A stretch of DNA of 64,000 nucleotides. Source: Macrostomum lignano. Its lineage: Eukaryota. The stretch is from NCBI GenBank assembly GCA_002269645.1, contig NIVC01002218.1, positions 46,504 to 110,503 of the forward strand, in the 5' to 3' direction. This document shows positions 11,301 through 23,548 of the stretch, in pieces (positions within the stretch are counted from its first letter, which is position 1; each line of letters begins with the position of its first letter). A program made the translations under genes and the position numbers. Under the pieces are notes generated by a model that saw only the letters and a program-made list of their open reading frames with translations, made no database searches and was not told where the DNA came from.

Positions 11301-13621
11301 AGCATGTAAAAATTGTTAGCAACTTATAGAGAGTAAAATTAAAAGGAGGATTATAAACTTCTATAAAAAACAAACACTTTAAAGTTTAATAAAACTCTCA
11401 CTTCAAAGAATATATTGATATTATAAGAAAATTAGCATGAAAGCACCTTATTCTTGGCAAATTTTTTGATTTATAGAGGCAAAGAATAAAAAAACTAGAA
11501 TTTTCATTCCAGCATATAATTACTGTCTAGTAGGATTAAGATGGAAAATTTTTAGAAAAATGCTACATATTTTGCAAGTGAGCTAAAAATGTAATTGTAT
11601 AACAAAACTTTATAACATAAAATCCACTGTGAAATTACATTAAAAAGTGCAAATGTGCAATTGGTAAGATAATGCTTGAATGTGTAAAACAAATTTCAAC
11701 CTCAAACAAACAAAAACAGACATTCAAGCCTTCAACCCCCAGTTAAAGTGATTACCTTCAATTACACCAAGCCTATTTAAAAATGCTTTTAGGAAATCGC
11801 AGTTAAGCTGGAAAGTCAGAAGGCCCGCCATCCGCAGTTGCTCTATGAAAGCAAGCTGTACAAACTGCTTCAAGGTGGCATCGGCATACCTCATGTTCGG
11901 TGAGTGCTTTTCACTCATTGGCAAGCGCTTCAGAATGGGATAGATTTAAAGAACCTTGATAGTTACTAACGGGTAATTCCATGTAACCCACTTAAACTTA
12001 GCTGGTTCGGCGTAGAAAAAGACTACAATGTGCTGGTGATGGACCTGCTCGGGCCCAGCCTTGAGGATCTGTTCAGCTTCTGCTCACGGCGATTCACGAT
12101 GAAGACTGTGCTGATGCTGGCCGATCAGATGATCAACAGAATCGAATACGTGCACAATAAGAACTTTATCCATCGCGACATCAAGCCGGACAACTTCCTC
12201 ATGGGCATTGGGCGGCACTGCAACAAGGTGAGCTAAATGCAGGTAGTTATGTTGTAAACTCTAGACTGTTAGACTCGCCACCAAAGTCAGGGCCGCTGTA
12301 CAGTACAGTATTGACGCTGTAAAATTGACGCTGACGCTGAATTGCCTCAGCGATGGTAAAAACTTTAACTAACTCTCAAGCATTTTAATATCCCGCAGGT
12401 GTTCATCATCGACTTTGGCTTAGCCAAGAAGTACCGGGACAGTCGCTCCGGCAAGCACATCCCCTACCGGTGCGTTTCCTTATTTTTAATCATCATTTTT
12501 ATGTTCAAAATGTCGGTTATGCTACTTACAGTAGAAAAATTAGCGTCCAGTCAGAAAATCAGCTCAAAGTTAACTCAAATCCGCAGCGAGGACAAGAACT
12601 TGACTGGCACGGCCAGGTACGCCTCTATCAATGCCCATTTAGGCATTGAGCAATCGCGCCGAGACGATATGGAGGCCTTGGGCTACGTGCTCATGTACTT
12701 TAATCGCGGCTCACTGCCCTGGCAGGGTTTGCAGGTCAGAATTTTTTTGTATTGTTAATATTCCAGGTTGACACCAGCATCCCAGGTTGACACCAGCATC
12801 CCAGGTTGACACCAGCATCCCAGGTTGACCCCAGCATCCCAGGTTGACACCAGCATCCCAGATTGACCCCAGCATCCCAGATTGACCCCAGCATCCCAGG
12901 TTGACACCAGCATCCTATGTTAACCCAAATACCCCAGGTTGACCCAACTACCCGAGGTGAACTCAAATACCTAAAGTTGACCCAAACACCCCAGGTTGAC
13001 CCAAACACCACAGGTTGACCCAAACACCCCAGGTTGACCCAAACACTCAAGGTTGACTCAAACACCCCAGGTTGACCCAAACACTCAAGGTTGACTCAAA
13101 CACCCCAGGTTGACCCAAACACTCAAGGTTGACCCAAACACCCCAGGTTGACCCAAACACCCCAGGTTGACCCAAACACTCAAGGTTGACTCAAACACTC
13201 AAGGTTGACCCAAACACTCAAGGTTGACCCAAACACTCAAGGTTGACTCAAACACCCCAGGTTGACCCAAACACTCAAGGTTGACCCAAACACTCAAGGT
13301 TGACCAACGAACCCCCTCTTCTGTACATTCAAACTGTTGCAGGCTGCTAACAAGAAGCAGAAGTACCAGAAGATCAGTGAAAAGAAAATGTCCACCCCAG
13401 TTGAAGGCCTGTGCAAAGGCTTCCCTGCCGAGTTCACCATGTACTTGAACTACTGCCGCGGCCTGCGGTTCGAGGAGGCGCCGGACTACATGTACCTGAG
13501 GCAGCTGTTCCGCATCCTGTTCCGCACGCTCAACCATCAGTTTGACTACACCTTCGACTGGACTCTGCTCAAACAGCGCAGCAACGCTTCAGCCGCAGCC
13601 GCCTCCGCCAGTCAGCAGTGA
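8319..13621 (+). CDS. CSNK1A1: Casein kinase I alpha (about 316 aa)
   Basis: Exons 8319-8438, 11793-11899, 12002-12227, 12399-12469, 12587-12734, 13343-13621 join in frame with GT-AG sites. Motifs: [95 protein letters not shown] is alpha-type. Confidence 0.95.
8682..9269. mobile_element. Non-autonomous hAT-like TIR element in CK1 intron 1
   Basis: Perfect 18-bp TIR CCAGGATGGAATTCTTGC and exact 8-bp TSD TTTTGGCT (8674-8681 and 9270-9277). Confidence 0.85.
11146..11293. repeat. Imperfect long hairpin/palindrome (MITE-like) in CK1 intron 1
   Basis: Arms ...CCATTTCTTTTGGCAACACACACATGTAAGTCGCTATTGG and CCAATAGCAACTTACATGTGTGTGTTGTCAATAGAAATGG... around a 30-nt loop that contains GTCACGTGAC. Confidence 0.75.
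12765..13305 (+). repeat. 19/20-bp minisatellite in CK1 intron 5
   Basis: CCAGGTTGACACCAGCATC units grade into AGGTTGACCCAAACACTCA units. Confidence 0.95.
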
Positions 13622-14714
13622 CCTCGCCTGACCTCCCGTCTGGGTCCAACCTCCCAATTTTCCCAACTCCACCGCTTCTCAATGCTCCTCGACCGGATTC
13701 GACCTATTAATTGAGATTGATAAACATTTTTGAAAGAAAAATTATGTTACGCTTCACTTTTCCGTCAGTGTTTTTATTGTTTTGTTATTAATTCTCTTCT
13801 GCTTTTGTCTTGTGCTTTTGCTCACCTGAGTTGCTAAGAAACTGAAGCCGAAGTCAGAAGAAGCAAACACGCACCCAACTCCTTTATTTGTATCTGTAAC
13901 TCCAAGCCGATTTTGTAATTGTTCATTGCTACAATTAACGCCCTACGGTAAGAACTCGTATATATATTACTCATTTTGTTGTCCTTTGTTATCACCGATT
14001 TTAGAAGATTTAACTGACTGTACGAACAGTAGTAGAATGGCATGAAAATGACAAATTACAATTGCACTGATGTACTTTGAAAACGTATATATTAATTAAA
14101 ATCTGTACAAGCACTGGCCATGCATGCTGCCTATATTTGTCTTATTATAAGTCCTGCATACGTTTTATTTCAAAATTATCAAAATTATGTTTTTTTCTGA
14201 AGATTTTTTTAGCTATTTGAATTCTATATCTTATTGTATTGTTGTATTCGTACCACCCTTGCATGTCCGTTATTTCTGTAATTTTGTGTCTCGTAAGTTT
14301 TCATATGTTTTATGCAGGAAAAAATCCTTTGTAAACTTAGATTTTTCGGGTCAAAGATAAACGATTGTCGGCTGACTCTATTTTTATGTGAATATGTTTT
14401 TATCGTTGCGGCCCTCGATAAATATAATAGCGATAAATATGTCACTTCAATTTTATTTGACTCCTAAAAATGACTCAAAACTTTATTATTAAAATATTTT
14501 AAATAAAAAAGTTTTTACGCGAATCTGTATTTATATTTAATAATGGGATGTAATAACTATTGGGAGTGGAAAAGTGATGGCGAAGAAGGTGAAGAAGTGG
14601 TGAAGTAGGAATGCAGGAAGTGAATGTACATGTATAACAGTGTATATGCAACCGAACAAAATGAATGTTTGTTAGTATGCAGTGTATAAAAATTAATGTA
14701 CAATGTACTTTGTA

Positions 14715-14998
14715 CAAGGACGCCTTAAGTAGGACTGGAAACCTCGTTTCTTGAAAAGTTTTTGAAGGCAGGCTTTTCCAAAAATACACTACGGAGATAA
14801 TAAATTTTCATTTTTCCAGCACGAAAATTGATATTGCTTTTGATAGGAGGCAGATCCAGTGTTCATCTTTTGATATGTTGTGCCTTTCTTATTGCTCTAT
14901 CGATATAAAGCTTTTCGTCGAGAAAATTGGGATTCTATGTTAATTTTTTATTCTTTCAAGAAACAAGGTTTCCCGTCCTTCTACCTAAGTCGTCCTTG
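14715..14998. mobile_element. MITE of the CAAGGAC-terminus family
   Basis: Imperfect TIRs of about 45 bp (CAAGGACGCCTTAAGTAGGACTGGAAACCTCGTTTCTTGAAA and its near reverse complement). ACTTTGTA is repeated on both flanks, with one extra A on the right. Confidence 0.75.
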
Positions 14999-15820
14999 AA
15001 CTTTGTATGCTGAAAGATACTTCAGTAGAGACATTGAAACTTTAATTATTTATTAGGCTTTAGCAGGATACTCTTTGAAAAAGTGAATGATTCTCAAGGA
15101 CGACTAGCTAGGCCTATCATCCGTATTAGTGTGCTAATGATAAGTTGAGACTTTCAACAAAAGCTAGTGAAAAATCTCATTATTAAAAAAATGTCAAACA
15201 GTAGGTTACAAAAAAAATACAACGCAAACATTTTTTAAAATTTATTTTAGGTACACACAGCAAACAAATTTAGTTTAATGTAACGTATTTTTTAAAATGA
15301 TAAACTCGGTTAACACTCAGGCCTCAGGGTGCTAAGTCGCGCGCAATTGCCTGTGTCGTATCATAGGCCCCTACGTATCATGCCATAGGACATGGTAGGC
15401 CTATTGCTTGTATCTGTAAGCCATCCGACTCCGAGGGATCTGACCTTACCTGGAACTTGAAGCAAAGCCAAAGTAGGCCTAACCCGAGATCCTTAGGGAC
15501 CAACCCCTAGATATCTTAAGCCTACCTTATGGAAAACAGAAATCTGTTTTGCATTAAATAGTTATGGAATTTTGTAATTATTCTTATGCGAACAACTATT
15601 GTGACTATTATTAATAAGGTATTTATTTAATTTTTGGTGCATGTCACACCAAAATATTAATGTATAGGCCCTAGGCCTGATACCAAACGACCAAAATCAC
15701 TTTTTGTAGGGCCTATGGCATGCTAGGCCTAACATAGGCCCTATGGCTATATGCCAAATTTCTTGAGAATGTACCTTAAAAATTTCTGGTGTATATGCCT
15801 TCTTCCTAACTATGGCCTAT

Positions 15821-16887
15821 CAAGGACTTCTAGACTAACAGGACGTAAAACTCAAAGATTGTGTAATTTTTTGGAGGCCACGATTTCCTAGAAAAAATAC
15901 ACTGCGAAGATAGGAAAAAATCAGTTTTTTGTCACAAAATCTGTGATTGTATTTGATCTGGGGCAGTGAAGACTACCATTCTTTTAATTTAACATGCACA
16001 ACATGTTACTCTATTATATTTTCATATAGCTGTGTAATGAAGTTTTCATTTTCATATTGTTTTCACTTTATTTCATAAGCCCAAAGTTGCAAACTCACAA
16101 GTGGCATTAGGCCTAGCCAAATATCAAATTCAAGAAAAGAAAAGCTATTCAAATTTGTAATATAATAATTTTTTTAGCCTTTAAAATAAAAATTATTAAA
16201 AACTAATCAATGTTTTTTCTTATAGATACCTAGTAAAAATGGTTAGGGCCTATTTTTGTGATTAGCCTAAGTCTATTCTTCTTAAATCTTAGTCCTAAAT
16301 ATAGGCTTGGCTTAAAAACTGATAATACAGCTTTCTCAAGCCTAGGTAACCAACCATATGAAAATATTTATTGGTAATCTATATATAATAAAAAAATCTA
16401 AATATACTGATCTCTAAGTCATTGTCTAAATTTAATTACTTATTAGGCTAGATAGTGTAGTGATACTGATAGGTCTAGTTCTAGTAGGCCTAGGAATTAG
16501 TATAGTTACTAAACCTACAATAATAGCTTAAGACTAAGAGTACCTACATGCAATGTTTTTATACTTTATTTTAAAAAGAACAACACAAAAAGTTTGGCTA
16601 ATGCCACTTGTGAGTTTGCAACTTTGGGCTTATGAAATAAAGTGAAAACAATATGAAAATGAAAACTTCACTACACAGCTATATGAAAATATAATAGAGT
16701 AACATGTTGTGCATGTTAAATTAAAAGAATGGTAGTCTTCACTGCCCCAGATCAAATACAATCACAGATTTTGTGACGAAAAACTGATTTTTTCCTATCT
16801 TCGCAGTGTGTTTTTTCCGGGAAATCGTGGCCTCCAAAGGATTGCACGATTTTTGAGTTTTGCGTCCTGTTAGTCTAGAAGTCCTTG
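15821..16887. mobile_element. Foldback non-autonomous DNA transposon (P-element-like termini)
   Basis: Near-perfect inverted arms of about 290 bp (15821-16110 and 16598-16887) starting CAAGGAC, with exact 8-bp TSD TGGCCTAT (15813-15820 and 16888-16895). Confidence 0.9.
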
Positions 16888-17263
16888 TGGCCTATATGTA
16901 CTTAATAGGCCTAGGTCTATGAAATTTGCTTACAAGAAGTTTGCTTGCCAAAGTTTGCTTGCCAAAGTTTGCTTGCAGGGCTTGCAGGGAAGTTGGTCAG
17001 TCAATTATTAGGCCTACTTACGGCTATCTTCTCAAATCATTCGTTTAATTCCAACCCCCATCTCCCCATCACCCTTGAATAGAAGGCGAAATAATTCTGG
17101 AAATAATTAAACAAACAATTTGAGTCGAGAAGATTGCCCCTACTTATTATAGATGCTTTGCAAATTGATTCTTACTAGCATCAAACTGATAATTAGGGTA
17201 TTAGGATATTAAGGTATCCTAATAAGTGATTATATATAGGGCCTAGCAATTCACTGATTGGTA

Positions 17264-18114
17264 CAGTGGCATAGCTAGAAATTTTTGTTGGGGGGGGACC
17301 CATTTACTATAATTTAGTACCCAGCCATAGTCAGGAAGGTGGCAGAGTGTGCGCCGGAACAAATTTTGGCCTCTCCCAAAATTGTGCGCCGTGCGCCGGC
17401 ACAAAAACCCTCGTGTGCGCCGTTGTGCGCCCGCCACTACCTGCCTTGCGACAATAAAAGACCTTTTTTTACAACATAGCAACAATTTTTGTGCGCCAAT
17501 ATACGGGACGGTTACGGGCTATCTATATTATATTATGAGAAATTGAGATCGTTAAACCTAAAATAGAAATTTGAAAAATTTTTAATTTAATTTCTAATTT
17601 TTAAAACAAAACAAACATAAAAAGTAAGCAAATGGCAAAAACAAAGGTAAAAAGGAAAAGGAAAATATTTTTTTTTATTTTTTATTTTTTGGTAGAATGC
17701 AGTGTTACATTAGATAGAACAGTAAATAGTGTACTGTAACAAGTAACGACTTACATCGTTACATGGGATTGCCACAAGGGTAACGCTGCATGTGGCGCGG
17801 CGCCCGCCGCGCCGCCATGCGCCGGTGTCCTCTGGTATGCGCCGTTGTGCGCCACTGTGCGCCAGTGCGCCACTGTGCGCTGTTGTGGCGTGCCCCTGTG
17901 CGCCGTTGTGTGCCCAAAAAGGGCTTGTGTGCGCCGGAATTTTCCGACCAAACTGCCACCTTCCTGACTATGGGTACCCAGAGGAGAAAATATAAGAAAG
18001 CAGGGTTTTTTCATTGGAATTCAAGGGAGAGGCAATTTTTTGTCCAGAATTTTGGGGAAGAGGTAAATTTCAAAGGGGCCTAGGTCCCTCTAGCCTGCCT
18101 TGGCTATGCCACTG
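17264..18114. mobile_element. Non-autonomous hAT element
   Basis: 12-bp TIR CAGTGGCATAGC, exact 8-bp TSD GATTGGTA, inner inverted repeat CATAGTCAGGAAGGTGGCAG and many GTGCGCC subterminal motifs. Confidence 0.9.
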
Positions 18115-19257
18115 GATTGGTAGGATATTCATTACAAAAAATCTTTTTTGTATACTTTGTTGCTTAAATCATTTGATATAGGGCCCTATATATTGTTCCA
18201 AATTATATATATCACTAGATATTTTACCAGAAAACTTTGGCTAACAAACCTTAGCAAGCAAAGTTTGGCAAGCAAAGTTTACCAAGCAAAACTCAGTGAT
18301 CAAACTTTGGCAATCAAAATTCCTTAAGCAAAGTTTGGCAAGCAAAATTCCTCAAGCAAAGCAAATGCAATGTAAGCAAATGTTGTATTCCTATACTTAA
18401 TAATGTGTATTTTCTATATAAAAATAGGCCTAGGCCTAAGAAATCCAACTTGATAGGGAGGTACACATCCAATGTTCCTATGCACATATGCCACTATGCT
18501 ATGTATATGCCATAGCCTAATAAAAACAAGCATTGCATCAGAAGCCCAGCTTTCTGTTGTTAGTGGTTAAGCACGTGACTATATATAGCAAGGAAGCTTT
18601 CTAACTAGTCTGTTTCATGCTTAGAGTTACACTGGAAAAATACTGATAAAATTTCATTATTTATACTAGACTTATGCTAAGCTTAGGCAATGTATACCAG
18701 ACATAATGACTAGGCTAGGAGAGGTTGGGTGAGGTAGTTTGTACAAACATTTTTCAATTCAAAAATTTGATTGTTTTCATTGGTATATTTTTAGCTAAAA
18801 CTTTATAAAAATAAAAAAAATTCATAAAAGTTATTGCATGATAGAATAACTTTTAGATTTAAAACTTTGTTTTAGTTTTTTACAAATAATAAAATATTAG
18901 TTAGATATTTAAAATCTCCATTTAATTTAACTACTAAGTAAGTTATACCAAGTCATTGTATTATATGCCACATTAAAAAAGCTAGTTGTTTTTATGCCAA
19001 GGCTATTTTTTCTTGACTTATACCAAATATTTCTGGCATAACATTATAATTAACAAAATAGACTATGGTATTATATGAGGGTTGTTTAAAAAGTCTGCGA
19101 TCAAACATGCATATCTTTTTTTGAGTCACTACTTTGTCTTGAAACTTTATACCATAGACAAATATCATACCCTGAATGTTTTAAATCAAGAGTGGTCTTG
19201 TTTGAGCCAGGAATTTTCTTCTTATAGTGTTTTTAGTCACACACTAATTCCATCACT

Positions 19258-20918
19258 ATGCTGAATAATGAAGAAGCAAAGCAAAGTGTCATTTGGTTTT
19301 TGTGGAAACAAGGAAAGTGACAGGCAGAAATTCTTCACGAGTTGCAAGCAACATATGGCAAATGTGCACCATCAAAAACAATGGTCAACAAGTGGGTGCA
19401 GCATTTTGAAGATGGCTGGGAGACAGTCGATGACCTTCCACGGAGTGGCCAGCCTGCCACCACGGTCAACAGGTCAAACATCAAGCTTGTGCGTTATGCT
19501 CTGGATATTGATCACCAAGCTACAGTGTGAGAGTTGTCAACCATTACTGGCATCTCATCAATGGCCATTCATTCAATCCTGACAGTTGAGCTTGGTATGT
19601 CACGCGTTGTTGCTTGTTGGGTCCCAAAACTTCTGATTGACCAGCAGCAGCGAGAGTGGGTCCAGGTGTGTTGGCAGCTCCTCCAGTCATATCACAGTGA
19701 TCCCAACTTTTTGGACTAGATTGTGACTGGGGATGAATCCTGATTTCACTATAGTGAGCCAGAGTCCAAGATGCAGAGCAGTGTGTGGAAGGCCAGCCAT
19801 GAGCCCACACCTGTCAAGGCCCTGACTGCACCTTCAGCTGGCAAGCAAATGGCCACCATCTTCTGGGACAAGGAGGGTATTCTGCTCATCAAATGGCTTC
19901 CTCGTGGTGCCACAATAAACAGTGAGTACTATATCCAAGTCCTGCAGAAGTTGCATGAAGCCATCAAGGCCCAGCGGCGTGGCAAGCTGAGCCATCGCAT
20001 CCTGCTTCAGCACAACAATGCTAGGCTGCACACCAGCCAGGCAACAATGGCTGCCATTTCGGACCTGGGCTTCAAGGTGCTGCCACACCCTATTGGAATA
20101 AATGTTAAAAACCCGCGGACGCGCGCTTTAGAAAAGAGTCAAACTATTTTACCGCGCTTTAGGATTATTAGAGATGTTCCAAAAGATCTGCAGTTTCGTC
20201 GAAATCAAAATTCGCTAACTTTCCAAAATCAAAATTGAAATTTCCCAAAATCATAATTCAGAAAAACAAAGTTTAGTATGATCAACACTCACTTTTTTAC
20301 TTTCAATTTACTGCTTACGCAAAAAGTAATACATGTATATGTAGTAGAAAGTAGTTTATTTTTAGCGACTTTTTAGACACTACCAAAATTTTCACTTCTA
20401 AATTTTATTTCGAAATTGAAATTCGCTCTAAAAAATTTCAAATTTTGGAAAATTGAAATTGAATTTTCGGAACATCTCTAAGCTTAATAAATTACGAGTG
20501 TATAAGCCCCTTCAACAGAGGTATTATACCCATTTCCATGTATATGTATTTGCTAGAGCAGCAGCCAGTAAGAAAGGGCAGCGCGCGCAGGCGCTGTGCC
20601 TGTGCGCGCGCTGCGCTTTAGAAAAATTTCAAAAGTGCGCCGGACACCGTCCGCGGTTTTACAACTTTTTCCTTTAGGGCTGCCACACCCACCCTACTTG
20701 CTGGACCTCGCACCCAGTGACTTCTGGCTGTTCGGAGAGATGAAAAAACCCTCCGAGGTTGCTAGTACAGCTCTCTACAGACCCTGGCATTGGCCATCAG
20801 CCAGTGGGTCAGGGGATCACCTGCCAATTTCTATGCTGCCAGCATCGAGAAGTTGCCTGAGAGGTGGCACAAGTGCATAAGCCTCAAGGGTGCCTACGTT
20901 GAGAAGCAGGAAGAGTAG
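19258..20918 (+). pseudogene. Mariner transposase pseudogene
   Basis: Motifs DDLPRSGQP, WVPKLL, IVTGDES, IFWDKEGILL, TINSEYY, LQHNNA, PHPPYLLDLAPSDFWLF and GAYVEK. Several in-frame stops, and a 592-bp insertion at 20088-20679. Confidence 0.9.
20088..20679. mobile_element. MITE inserted in the mariner transposase
   Basis: Imperfect TIR CCCTATTGGAATAAATGTTAAAAACCCGCGGACG / CGTCCGCGGTTTTACAACTTTTTCCTTTAGGG with 8-bp TSD CTGCCACA. Removing it restores KVLPHPPY. Confidence 0.85.
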
Positions 20919-23548
20919 CGTTATATTTGTTCAATCCATTAAACTGTTAGACACGTTTGATCGCAGACTTTCCAAACAACCCTCATAGTAGGACCTTTAT
21001 ATATCATGTGTGCTCTTAGGCCTATAGGCTACCAAGTCTTAGCATAGCTTAGATTTTTTTCTAAATTGTGTTAATGCTTTTATAATAGAATAAGTCAAGT
21101 CAACTAATCAAAAACTAGTCACAGAGGGTAATAGTATCCAATCCACTATCCGCTATTTGATATATATACAAGATATTGCCAAACTGATGTAAGTCTATTA
21201 TTAACCAAAAGTAAATATCAAATAATTGCAGCACCAATAGGTGATTGCTTTAACTTTAAAAAAGAACCCTTTTGGACTGAATGGTAATATTTGCAATTCT
21301 TTTATGCCCAATATTAGCCATCAATACTATCCTACTCCTACCTTTATAGCACTAGAGTAACATAGCAATATTGCTTAGTGCCTAGCCAACCATTTCAAGG
21401 CTTAGTTGGTTAATGTCAAAGCAAGGGCAACTAGTCTATGGTGATTGACAGCCAGATAACATAGAACAATATTATTATAAGTGCTAAAATAGTTTAGAGC
21501 AAGAAACCAATGGATTGCCTGAGTCTTAACTTTGAGAAAATATGCACATCAAATAAATAAGTTCTAAAAATGTATTGAATCATTTTATCTATTATAAAAG
21601 TTGATACTTTAATGTTTTCAGCAGTAGTCTAGCAATTGCAAAATACTGTATTCTTTCTAGGCCCTATTTTAACTTTTAATATAATATAGATTGTATAGGG
21701 ACTCCTGCAAGTGAGTGAGATCTTAAAAGTTATTTTGCAGTATTTTTATTAAACTTTATAAATCCCACCTGGCTAACCTCTGAAAAGGCCTAAATAGAAA
21801 ATACCTTGTCATTTTTTAAATTGTGTCAAGTAAAAAAGTTGCAAAATATTTTTACTTATTTGTAAGCATAAAATTTAAGGCCAAGCCTAAATATTCTGTC
21901 CATTATGTAGGCCTAAGTCAACTATAATCATTTTTTACTAAAATGTTATTTACAAAGAATATTTTCTTTATATATTGAAATAATCAATTTCTATATTCAA
22001 TGTATCATTTTTGTTTTGTTTCTAGTTTTCTTAGAATCATAGGAATCATAGTTAAAAATGGTATAGCATAGAACAAAAATTGGAGGATGATCTATACCAT
22101 TTATTTCTCCATGCTATTTCTATGTACTAACTTCTAAAAACTATATTTAACATTTATAGAAATTAAACATTTAACAATGTATATTAGATTGATAAGTTTT
22201 TTAATTATATATTTTATAAAAAAATTGCTAAAAATTGTGCAATATATGCATTAGCCACAATGAAGTCAGAGACCTTAGTGTGCATTAAAATTTTGTAACA
22301 AATGTATTAAGGATTCTTTTTAAATATCAAAATTGTCTATGGCAAAAGCACTTCTCTAACTATGATATGAATACAATAAATCTTACAAAATAGGGCATGG
22401 TTAAAAAAAATTCAGGCATAATTTATAAAAAGTCAAATCTAGGCCTTAGATACAATGTGCCAAATATTATTTTTCTTTTTTATGCAATAGCCAATATTTT
22501 TTCTCCTGTTGTGGGTATAGTCTAATTCTAAATCAGGGGTTAGGCCCTAGCAACATTGTTAGAACAAGGGCCAAATAGCAACATTTTTCAAGGGCTTAAA
22601 GGCCAATAACTGAAAGAATTAAAACACCACAGTTGCATCTTTTTAGTCTAAACAAATATTTTAAATTGACAGTGATCGAAATCTCATTTCATCCACACCA
22701 TAAGAGATTCCTTCACTCCAAAACCTGTCTTGTTCTTTCTCTTCTCATTCCAAACCTAATTACTGCCTCCTAGAAACATTCAGACCTGTAGCCTATCTTT
22801 CACCATAAAATGCCAACATAAAACAGTGATGCAAAGAGAGAGGTCGGATGAAAGCCCAAGAGACTAGATGAAATGCTAGATCATTGAGGACCTTGGGGCT
22901 GCATTGGAAGGTTTGGGGGGCAGATTTAAGTACATACAATATAATAGTTGGCTGAGAATTAAAAACTGCAAATAATAATAGAGATAGAATATTGGAAAAA
23001 TTAATACATTGGCTCTGAATTTTGTATTGGCCCTTTGTATCAAACTTACCCTTTTGCTCAATTTTAAAAGGACAAAATCTATTTTTTGTTAATATTGCAA
23101 TTTTAGCAAGCTTTTTCTATAAAAAAGATGAAAATTCATAGTTTTTCATCTGCCTAATCAAAACTAATAATTTAATTTAATTGTTTTGCAAAGTGTTCAT
23201 ATGCAAATAAACCTACCTTTTATTTAGATTTTTCCTTATTCATGAATAATAAATAGATTAGCAAGTCACAGGAAGCTTACTAAAGTTTTTACAATTATAT
23301 TGTTATAATTAAAAAGTATAATTAATAAAAGTATTGGCAGTGCATATTCTATGGTCAAAGTTTAACAAAAAAGCACATTGAGCTCTTCCTTGCTTGAGTC
23401 ATAGTCTTAAGTATGTGTTGTTAGTCTCTTAATTTTTTTAGGTAGCAACGTATGAGTTTTACAATGCGTCATAGTGTTACAATAATGAATAGCACAAAAG
23501 CATTGATACTTCTGCTCCAGCCTAGCAGCATCTGGTCATCTGTCAGCC

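Larger units (their letters stand above)
19076..20985 (+). mobile_element. Mariner (Tc1/mariner, DD34D-type) element, inactive
   Basis: TIRs TGAGGGTTGTTT(AA/GG)AAAGTCTGCGATCAAAC, TA at both flanks, and an internal transposase remnant. Confidence 0.92.
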
